Below, piece after piece: positions 1 to 7,768 of a DNA stretch of 19,106 nucleotides. Source of the DNA: Promethearchaeota archaeon (lineage in GTDB: Archaea > Asgardarchaeota > Lokiarchaeia > Sigyniarchaeales > SOKP01); the NCBI GenBank assembly GCA_019058365.1, contig JAHPZE010000050.1, positions 1 to 19,106 on the forward strand. Reading direction: 5' to 3'. The notes under the pieces are model-generated. The model saw only the letters and a list, made by a program, of their open reading frames with translations. It made no database searches and was not told the origin of the DNA. Every line of letters begins with the position of its first letter. Within the stretch, counting starts at the first letter, position 1. A program made the translations under genes and the position numbers.

Positions 1-107
1 TGAAACAAATTCTGATCAGATCATTTCGCCATCACTGAATTTTGTATCTGATCTTATTTTTTTCTTTATATACAGCAGTTTAAATTTATACATATTAATA
101 AAAAAGT

Positions 108-338
108 ATGGAGACAAATTTAGAGTCACTTTCAGCTTTTCAAATATATAGCACCGGAACAAGTTATAAAATAAATGTCATGGTAGATCGTTTATGGATA
201 AAGGACAATAGAGTATTTTTTAGAGTTATAAAAGATATTCTTCCTCACAAAACAAATTTTAGAAAAGAAAGAGGAACTAATGTTTTCTCAATAAGCAGAG
301 AAGATCTTCTGAGTATTCGTTGTAGATTATATTTCTAG
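108..338 (+). CDS. Small hypothetical protein (76 aa, predicted beta-rich)
   Basis: ATG-started ORF after an AT-rich promoter-like stretch. Alternating hydrophobic pattern; no recognisable motif. Confidence 0.6.
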   Translation: METNLESLSAFQIYSTGTSYKINVMVDRLWIKDNRVFFRVIKDILPHKTNFRKERGTNVFSISREDLLSIRCRLYF

Positions 339-382
339 CAGGTCTCCTATTTAAAATAACAAATATAATAAGGTTAGGAATC

Positions 383-544
383 ATGAATAGTAAAGAAAAA
401 AGTGGAAACTTTGATTTTATATTTGAATGTGAACAATGCACGGAATCATGGTCAGAAAATTTATTGGATTTAATAGATAGATGTACTACTGAAGAATTAC
501 TCAACTTACATAAGTACATTCAAACTAAATTAAAAAAAAAATAG
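383..544 (+). CDS. Unannotated 53-aa protein with a CxxC motif
   Basis: Hand translation: MNSKEKSGNFDFIFECEQCTESWSENLLDLIDRCTTEELLNLHKYIQTKLKKK*. Purine-rich AAGGTTAGGA just upstream; co-oriented with 108..338 and ends 6 nt from the convergent M1 peptidase stop. Confidence 0.6.
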   Translation: MNSKEKSGNFDFIFECEQCTESWSENLLDLIDRCTTEELLNLHKYIQTKLKKK

Positions 545-550
545 AATTAT

Positions 551-2533
551 TTATTCATTAGGTATTTGGGTTTTTTTAAAGAGTATTATTAAACCAAAAG
601 CACTAAAAGAAAGAATGATAAGTAAAATATTATATCCTGGAATTTTTTGTTCGGATCTATTCACTATAGTTATATCTGTCGTCTCTAAATAATTTAATCC
701 ATAATTTGAAAATTGCACAAGAACAAAATCAGAATAATCTAATCTTACTCGTACAGGTTGATTTGCAATAGGAATAATTAAAGACGTTGTTCCGTTAATC
801 CATTCATAATCTGAATATTCTAAGGTTAAGCCACTGCTATAGATTTTAATAGGAATAAGTTGTGAATAGCTATATGGGTTTAAATCTTCATTGGTATCTT
901 TAACTGTAATATTGATTATCTTACTTTTAGCGTCATATATTACATTAGCTATATTATATTTAGGAAGGTAAGGATTATCAAACCATGGGAAAAAGAACCA
1001 ATCAAGAGATTCTCCCATAACAGTTTCAAATGCATTTTGTAAATCTGTCAAATCCGCAATTTCAAAATAATTATCCCGGAAAAACAATGTAAGTCCTTCA
1101 ATAAAGTTCTCATGACCTAATGTCACCCTTAGTTTTTCGAGTATAGTGTTTGTTTTCGTATACCCTAAGTACCAATAATCAGTTCCACTTATTAAACAAT
1201 CAGGAACCGATTGATTAATTTTATTTGGCAATCCGTAATTCAGCGAATAATGTCTAACACGATCTAGCCCCCAATATGGCTCAAACATGTGCCAATCTGG
1301 GTGAAACACATCTTTATACCAATCTGAAACCCAACAGACAATTCCTTCATCTAAAAAACCCCAATCAACTTCGTCAACACCTACCAGATTATAAAACCAT
1401 TGATGAGCTACTTCATGGGCTATAATAGATTCAAGATACCAATGAGGTCCATTTACTCCAGTATAATTATCTGCTGCTTCACTAGCATATATTTGTAAAG
1501 GATATTCCATACCACCATAATGAGTATATTCCTCAACAACATTAAAAGTTGAATAACAATAATTTCCGAATGTATTATGATATAGACTGCCAGAATTTAT
1601 GGCTATTTCTAAAGCAAAATCATGCCACAAATCATAAGATTTTGGTAGAAAATAACTGGAAACGGTAATATTGATGTAAGGAATGATATCGGATTCTACT
1701 ATAAAATAATGAGATGCTGAAAAAGTTACTTCTCTGACGGGAAGATGAGGATTGTAGTGATGAATTGTTCTTTCTCCAATAGTCATGCTTTCTATTAATT
1801 CTCCAGTAGCAGCAACAGTCATATTTTCAGGTACATTGATGATTAAATCGTAATAAGCCATATCATAATAGAATGGATCGCCAATTAATATATAAGGATC
1901 AATATTCCATCCATCAAATTCATCATATACACAGGGTAATGGATAACAGCACGCAAATTTAAATATACGTGAATGATTATCATCCCAACCATAATCACTT
2001 GCCCTATCTAACTTTTCACTATTTCCATCAGGAAGCGTTGTATTGAAAGATATTATAAAGGAAATACGATTTCCAGGCTCTAAATTACAAGTTAGATTTA
2101 CCCACATTAGTTGAATATTAGAGTAAACGTCATAATCCAATTGTTCTTGAGGATCTTCTAATGTAGTTACGTTTAAAATTTCAATATATCCGGCTCTCTT
2201 ATCAAATTGCATTCCAGAAGCATAAATATGGAAAGGAATTTGAGTAAAATTTACGGGATCATCATTATAATAATCAACAGTTAGATTACCTGCAACTGTA
2301 GAAGTTTTTTCATCGAGATAAACCGAGAGATTATAATAAGAGAATTCATACCCAGAAAAATTACCTTGTGAAAATTGATCATAATCTGATAAGATAGGGT
2401 GATTGTATAGATCGCTTCCATCCTTGAATTTAACAGTATAAATAGAATTTGAGGAAATCAAGGTACCTAATGAGATTATAACACTTAATATTACAATTAT
2501 TACACCAGCTAAGTTTTTTTGTTTGAATTTCAT
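551..2533 (-). CDS. M1-family (gluzincin) zinc aminopeptidase, exported/membrane-anchored, with C-terminal IPGY-TM-basic (Loki-CTERM-like) sorting tail
   Basis: GGMEY exopeptidase motif, HEVAH followed by downstream E (LDEG), N-terminal basic+hydrophobic signal, C-terminal KIPGYNILLIILSFSAFGLIILFKK. Confidence 0.92.
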   Translation of the reverse strand: MKFKQKNLAGVIIVILSVIISLGTLISSNSIYTVKFKDGSDLYNHPILSDYDQFSQGNFSGYEFSYYNLSVYLDEKTSTVAGNLTVDYYNDDPVNFTQIPFHIYASGMQFDKRAGYIEILNVTTLEDPQEQLDYDVYSNIQLMWVNLTCNLEPGNRISFIISFNTTLPDGNSEKLDRASDYGWDDNHSRIFKFACCYPLPCVYDEFDGWNIDPYILIGDPFYYDMAYYDLIINVPENMTVAATGELIESMTIGERTIHHYNPHLPVREVTFSASHYFIVESDIIPYINITVSSYFLPKSYDLWHDFALEIAINSGSLYHNTFGNYCYSTFNVVEEYTHYGGMEYPLQIYASEAADNYTGVNGPHWYLESIIAHEVAHQWFYNLVGVDEVDWGFLDEGIVCWVSDWYKDVFHPDWHMFEPYWGLDRVRHYSLNYGLPNKINQSVPDCLISGTDYWYLGYTKTNTILEKLRVTLGHENFIEGLTLFFRDNYFEIADLTDLQNAFETVMGESLDWFFFPWFDNPYLPKYNIANVIYDAKSKIINITVKDTNEDLNPYSYSQLIPIKIYSSGLTLEYSDYEWINGTTSLIIPIANQPVRVRLDYSDFVLVQFSNYGLNYLETTDITIVNRSEQKIPGYNILLIILSFSAFGLIILFKKTQIPNE

Positions 2534-2724
2534 AATCTTATTTATTCAATTTTAATTTAAATTTATTACTTAGAATTTAGCAATACACAATATATTAAAT
2601 AAATACGGTCCAATTTTTGAAAATTTATAAACATCTCGTGAATATGATAATAATGTCGTGTAATAACACAATATATTTCACTTACATATAGTTAAATATC
2701 TGATGACTTTTAATTTAATATCTT

Positions 2725-2745
2725 GTGTTCAATCTAATTGAACAC
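2725..2745. promoter_or_regulatory. Perfect inverted repeat GTGTTCAAT-cta-ATTGAACAC, operator-like
   Basis: 9-bp arms with 3-bp spacer, about 190 bp upstream of the M1 peptidase start. Further GTGTT/AACAC half-sites at 2665, 2759 and 2780. Confidence 0.5.
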
Positions 2746-2794
2746 TCATGATACTCATGTGTTTTTAAATAAAATACAAGTGTTGATCCTTTTA

Positions 2795-2832
2795 AAATAT
2801 TTGAGATAGAAAATTCTATAATTCAAATATTT
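2795..2832. other. Imperfect long hairpin (possible terminator or 3' structure of the wHTH gene)
   Basis: AAATATTTGA (2795-2804) pairs with TCAAATATTT (2823-2832); ATAGAA (2806-2811) pairs with TTCTAT (2814-2819). Lies 50 nt downstream of the 2883 stop. Confidence 0.3.
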
Positions 2833-2882
2833 AAATCATGATAATTTAAATTATTAGGTTGAATAGCGAAGCAATAATTTTA

Positions 2883-3170
2883 TCATTCATTCTCAGATTC
2901 ATTTAATAGACGAGAGCAAGTATTATCTAATTTTTTTATTAAATGATTACGATCTTTCCAAATAATCCATGTATTTCCAGATTTTTCAAAATGGAATCCA
3001 TCATATTCTTCCTTTATTTTTTTTAGAGTCTTTTTAACAAAACTCCAAGAAAATTCAGTATCTTCGACAATTTTTGCAATGGCAACAGGGTGGTTTATAT
3101 CAAGATTCTCATTAAAATAATCAATTATTTTCTCAAAACCAGTTTTAGGAGGGTTTTCTATTTCAGACAT
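2883..3170 (-). CDS. Small winged helix-turn-helix-like protein, putative transcription regulator
   Basis: Helix, then HTH-like PVAIAKIVEDTEFSWSFVKKTLKKI, then beta-hairpin wing FHFEKSGNTWIIW. Confidence 0.6.
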   Translation of the reverse strand: MSEIENPPKTGFEKIIDYFNENLDINHPVAIAKIVEDTEFSWSFVKKTLKKIKEEYDGFHFEKSGNTWIIWKDRNHLIKKLDNTCSRLLNESENE

Positions 3171-3315
3171 TATGGTTAAAGTATTATTAGCTTTTTAATC
3201 ATTTTAATCATATAATCCTTTTTATATTAACAAACAAACATTTATAATGTGTCATTATTGATTAATTTTTGTTTGAGCTTGATTTATTATTGCTCATTGT
3301 TTATATCTAAGAGAT

Positions 3316-4581
3316 ATGATGTTGAGTAAACCTAAAACGTTAGAACAAATTATTCATGATCTAGTTAATAATAAGTTAAGTAAAGCAGAAGTTAATACCT
3401 TACTCATTTCGCTAATCGAGGAAAGTACCAGTATTGATTATAGAATTAAATATATAGAAGAATATGGAAAATATGTTATTAGAGATGAAGAGAATTTTAA
3501 AATCCTTGAAAATTATTTAATTTCAGATGAAAATCATCTAGTGCGGAATCTTGCTGCTAAAATTCTTTTTTATCAATTTCCGAAAATATCCTTTAATCCA
3601 TTGAGATGCGTAATCCAAAATGAAAAATCAATCTATGTATTAAATACTCTTTTTAATCTATTTAAAGAATCTAATGAACAAATTTTAGAATCCTTAAAAA
3701 CAACATTATTAGAAAGACTTACTGATATCTATGAAGTAAATTCGAAAGAAGCATATTTTTTATTAGAAATTGAAAGTCAATTGAATCCTGATTTAGAGGT
3801 TGGGTTTTTTAAACCTGTTAAAAGAGATAGACATATCATATCGTTGGACTTTGCCGGAAGAAAACTTGTTGAATTACCTGCTTCCATTGGAGATTTATCA
3901 AACTTAGAATATTTAAATCTTTGGGATAATAATTTAACCAATTTACCAGATTCAATTGAATGTCTTTCAGCTTTGAAATATTTATATTTAGATTGGAATA
4001 ATTTTGAAAAATTCCCAAATATTCAATGGTCCAAGTTAAAATCACTTAGAAAGTTAAGTTACACTAATAATTCTAAGTTAAATAGACTTCCTTATTCATT
4101 ATTCAGACTTATTAAGAAAAATTTTATCAAAAAATATATTGATGAAGGAATCACTCCTGAGGAAGCTCCAGTATTAGGTTTATTAGAGCTTCTTACAGGA
4201 ATGAAATTAAAAAAATTATTAAGAAAAAAGGATATTTCAAGCTTATATGCTTGCGATTATATAGTAAACCTTAATGGAAACATCACTGGAATATATTTAT
4301 ATGGATATCACAGTTTTCAAATAAATCTTATTCCAGAACAATTAAGGATTTCAAAGTTTATTGAAGAACTTGTCTTAAGGGATCAAAATATAGACGTCAT
4401 TCCTGAATTCATTAAGAATCTCAAGTCATTAAAATGTTTAGATTTAATGAGAAATAATATTAAAGTTATCCCAGAATTTTTAGGTGAATTATTATCCTTA
4501 GAAGTTTTAGATTTAGGAGAAAATAATATACAAGAAATACCAGATGCAATTAAAAACTCTAATATAGACCTTTGGATATGA
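3316..4581 (+). CDS. Leucine-rich repeat protein with N-terminal HEAT-like helical domain
   Basis: LRR units (LEYLNLWDNNLTNLPDSI, LKCLDLMRNNIKVIPEFL, LEVLDLGENNIQEIP) and HEAT-like LISDENHLVRNLAAKIL. Confidence 0.9.
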   Translation: MMLSKPKTLEQIIHDLVNNKLSKAEVNTLLISLIEESTSIDYRIKYIEEYGKYVIRDEENFKILENYLISDENHLVRNLAAKILFYQFPKISFNPLRCVIQNEKSIYVLNTLFNLFKESNEQILESLKTTLLERLTDIYEVNSKEAYFLLEIESQLNPDLEVGFFKPVKRDRHIISLDFAGRKLVELPASIGDLSNLEYLNLWDNNLTNLPDSIECLSALKYLYLDWNNFEKFPNIQWSKLKSLRKLSYTNNSKLNRLPYSLFRLIKKNFIKKYIDEGITPEEAPVLGLLELLTGMKLKKLLRKKDISSLYACDYIVNLNGNITGIYLYGYHSFQINLIPEQLRISKFIEELVLRDQNIDVIPEFIKNLKSLKCLDLMRNNIKVIPEFLGELLSLEVLDLGENNIQEIPDAIKNSNIDLWI

Positions 4582-4597
4582 GTATTTTGTTAATTTA

Positions 4598-5806
4598 CTA
4601 TTTTCGCATTTGAATAAATTTACCAGATTTCATTAATTCACACGGTTTTAAATAACTAATATTTGATTTTTCTACGAAATCTTCTAAAAGTTTAGTCCAC
4701 TTCTCAAAACTTTTTTTACCCGCACTAAATGGTCCAGGCGTAGACATTCCAGCCATCATTGAATCATCAATTATTTTATACCCCGAAACAATACCCTCTT
4801 CTAAAAGTTTACAACCTTCATTCAATTGAATAGCCATAACAAGGTCGAGATCGAAAAGTCCAGCTTTAATATCCTTATTCATAATTGGTTGTCCGTCCTT
4901 CCATTCAAAAAGCCCTTTCCCTATTTTCCTTCCTAATTTTCCTTCATTAACTAATTTTGTTAAAATTTTTCCTGGAGCAAATTGAGGAGAGATTACATCT
5001 TCAAAATATTTCATGACATTATAAATAACATCAAGACCTAAATAGTCCCATCTTGCAAATGGCCCAATCTCCATTAACTCTTTTGCATCCGCATCTATTT
5101 GTTCTAACGGAATATGATTTTCAATTGCAAAATCAAGTAGCCAATTCAAATAAGCACTAGTTCCTATTGTAAGCCGATTCACAATGAAGCCAGGACTCTC
5201 TTTTTCAAGAACAGGTAAAAATCTCTTTCCTTTTAACGCAGGAAGTTGTTGACAAACTTTTTTAGCAATTTCTACTGTTTTTTTTGAAGTTTTATCACCC
5301 TTAATAATTTCGATTAATCTAAGTACAACAATAGGAGTAAAAAAATGACATCCAATTACTTTATCTGGTCGTCCAGAAGAAGAAGCAATTTTTGTGATGC
5401 TCATTGTTGATGTATTTGTAGCTAAGATTGTATGTTTGGGGGCTAATGTCCCTAATTTGTCAAAAAGGTCTTGTTTAAGTTTCATAATCTCTGGTATTGC
5501 TTCAACAATGAAATCTGCTTGTGAAACAGCCCTTTTTAGATCTTCTTCTTTTATTAGATTTTCCATCAGATTAGAAGCTGTTTGTCCCTCTTTTAGCTTT
5601 CCTTTAGCTTCTAATCTTTTTAAACCATTTTCAATTTTGTTTGCTGCTTTCTCGAGAATTATATTGTTTAGATCATTTAGTATTACCGGTTTAAAGCCAC
5701 CCATTAAAGCAACTTGGGCTATTTCATGACCCATAGTTCCAGCACCAATAACAGTTATTAAATTTATATCATCGATATTACTCATCATTTTAATCTTCAT
5801 TTCCAA
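4598..5806 (-). CDS. 3-hydroxyacyl-CoA dehydrogenase (NAD-binding domain plus two C-terminal domains); true start may be a slightly downstream ATG
   Basis: VIGAGTMG Rossmann motif, EAIPE, ATNTST, GCHFF catalytic His, PGFIVNR, GKLGRKIGKG. Confidence 0.93.
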   Translation of the reverse strand: MEMKIKMMSNIDDINLITVIGAGTMGHEIAQVALMGGFKPVILNDLNNIILEKAANKIENGLKRLEAKGKLKEGQTASNLMENLIKEEDLKRAVSQADFIVEAIPEIMKLKQDLFDKLGTLAPKHTILATNTSTMSITKIASSSGRPDKVIGCHFFTPIVVLRLIEIIKGDKTSKKTVEIAKKVCQQLPALKGKRFLPVLEKESPGFIVNRLTIGTSAYLNWLLDFAIENHIPLEQIDADAKELMEIGPFARWDYLGLDVIYNVMKYFEDVISPQFAPGKILTKLVNEGKLGRKIGKGLFEWKDGQPIMNKDIKAGLFDLDLVMAIQLNEGCKLLEEGIVSGYKIIDDSMMAGMSTPGPFSAGKKSFEKWTKLLEDFVEKSNISYLKPCELMKSGKFIQMRK

Positions 5807-5869
5807 TGTTAATAATTTTAGTTAAAACATAAACTTAAGCTTTATTTCCTTAAAAAAATGTGATTTTGA

Positions 5870-6853
5870 TTAAATAAAAAAAGTTGAAAACAAATACCAT
5901 GAAAGCATCATTGTTCCTATTCCTAGAAAAATTGAAATGGGCAAACCAGGTAGAATTTTATTTCTTTTTAATCCGGAAATAGTAATCCCAGTACCAATTA
6001 ATATTGCAAAAGCAGTAAAAATCATCACTATTAAGTTATTAGATTGAATAAGAGCGCTAGAAGTAAGCATGCTGTAAAATGCGAGATCACCTATTCCAAT
6101 CTCTAATTTCGAAGTGTCATACTCATATTCTCCGGTTTCTATCTTTTGCTTTAATTCAGGTTCTGATAAAGCATTCCCTTCCTCTGGATATGATGCAATA
6201 TCAATCATTTGCTTGATTGGTCCATGCTTATAAAGCACAGCGAAAATATCCCAACACGAAATCCCAATTAGGATGGCTAAAGTAGTCCATAAGGGCATAA
6301 AAACTCCCATTGTTGCTCCAATTAATAGGCCTATATATAGAACAATAAAATTTTTAATTTTTATTGATCTTGATGTGAAATATAAATAGAGCATTATTAT
6401 TGTAAACACTGCTGCTAGAAGGATCAATTCATAGTAAAATAAATAGAATAAAAGTGGCATTTTGTAAAATAATAAATATATTAAAATATAACCAAAAAAA
6501 TAAGTTTGGAAAAATCCAATAAATCCAAAACTAAATCCAAAGATATACATTAAAACACCAATACCTTTTCTTTTAATTACGAAAATAATTATAAATGCTG
6601 AGACAACTGCTAGCGCTGTATAAATTAAACCATTAAATAGTCCTCCTAATGCGCCCATTTCACTTTCTGAAAAATATCCGCCGTCTATCCGAATTCCTGC
6701 TTCAATATAAGCTAAATAGGCTAAAATCCCCGCTATAGCCACGACGAGAATAATTGGTATAGGATACATTTTTCTTTTTATCCTATAAGTCGGAAAAAAG
6801 TGAGGGATAAAATCTTTTTTAATAATTTCCTTATCTTCTGGTAATTCTGTCAT
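5870..6853 (-). CDS. Presenilin-family (A22, GxGD) intramembrane aspartyl protease
   Basis: About 9 hydrophobic segments; ISCWDIFAVLYKHGP (YD-equivalent), LEIGIGDLAFYSML (GxGD), LPGLPISI (PAL-equivalent). Confidence 0.92.
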   Translation of the reverse strand: MTELPEDKEIIKKDFIPHFFPTYRIKRKMYPIPIILVVAIAGILAYLAYIEAGIRIDGGYFSESEMGALGGLFNGLIYTALAVVSAFIIIFVIKRKGIGVLMYIFGFSFGFIGFFQTYFFGYILIYLLFYKMPLLFYLFYYELILLAAVFTIIMLYLYFTSRSIKIKNFIVLYIGLLIGATMGVFMPLWTTLAILIGISCWDIFAVLYKHGPIKQMIDIASYPEEGNALSEPELKQKIETGEYEYDTSKLEIGIGDLAFYSMLTSSALIQSNNLIVMIFTAFAILIGTGITISGLKRNKILPGLPISIFLGIGTMMLSWYLFSTFFI

Positions 6854-7008
6854 ATTCTCGAATGATTATAAAAATATAATATAATTTTTTAATTTGTTAC
6901 ATTAATCATAACTTAAATACCTATTAATAACAATTTTAATCCTAATCTTCTGACATCTTCACCGCTGAAAGAAACTTCTTATAGAACGTAACTTTTTTTA
7001 GTCTGATA

Positions 7009-7755
7009 ATGCCAAACCTTCAGAGATATGAACAAAAAATTCGTAAATACAAAGAAAAATTAAAAAATTTAATTACACGAATAGGAATTTCTTACCCTAA
7101 AGAATTTGAATTAATAGATGAAGTATCAGAAAAGTTAATATTGCCATGTCAATTAGGAATTCTTTTTTTTGGAGATTTTGACATCATTTACTTTGAAAAA
7201 ATTAAAAATCATTTAAATCATGTATTTGATTCTTTTTTTTTTGATATTAAAAATTTGGGTGAATATAATTTTACTAGTGAGATTTTTTCTAAAGGTGTGA
7301 AAAAGGAATACAAAGAAATGAAGAAGTCTTCTAATAAAATTAAAATACATCCAACAAATAAATTCTATCAAATTTTAATTGATGAACGAATTAAGAAAAA
7401 TCTTGGAATGATAATTGCAATTACTAATCTTCCGATATATTCAAGCACCGATGATAATGTTTTATTTTTATATGGAGAAGCTCATTTAAAACATCGTTGT
7501 GCAGTAATATCCTCATTTGAATTAAAAGAAAATTATTATAATACGCCAGAAAATCATTCAATTTTTGCAAAACGAGTTATTAAAGAAATTTGCCATGAAG
7601 TTGGCCATTTAATCTTAGGTCCTGATCATTGTCACGATAATTTGTGCGTTATGCGATTCTCGAATGAAATAAATGAAATTGATAAAAAATCTAGTAGATT
7701 TTGCTATAAATGTAATTTGAAACTTAATGAAATTAGAAAAAAGTTTAACTTTTAA
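7009..7755 (+). CDS. Archaemetzincin-family (M54) zinc metalloprotease
   Basis: KEICHEVGHLILGPDH followed by C-x4-C-x-M-x16-C-xx-C (Met-turn and Cys4 zinc site). Confidence 0.88.
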   Translation: MPNLQRYEQKIRKYKEKLKNLITRIGISYPKEFELIDEVSEKLILPCQLGILFFGDFDIIYFEKIKNHLNHVFDSFFFDIKNLGEYNFTSEIFSKGVKKEYKEMKKSSNKIKIHPTNKFYQILIDERIKKNLGMIIAITNLPIYSSTDDNVLFLYGEAHLKHRCAVISSFELKENYYNTPENHSIFAKRVIKEICHEVGHLILGPDHCHDNLCVMRFSNEINEIDKKSSRFCYKCNLKLNEIRKKFNF

Positions 7756-7768
7756 GATTTAGAAATTC

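Noticed and set aside
277-519. 80-aa minus-strand ORF
   Set aside because: Antisense to 108..338 and to the better-supported 383..544 ORF; no motif.
2700-2790. Possible C/D box sRNA starting at CTGATGA
   Set aside because: No well-placed CTGA D box or terminal stem.
3836-4045. 69-aa minus-strand ORF
   Set aside because: Shadow inside the LRR gene.
5394-5729. 111-aa plus-strand ORF
   Set aside because: Antisense shadow of the hydroxyacyl-CoA dehydrogenase.
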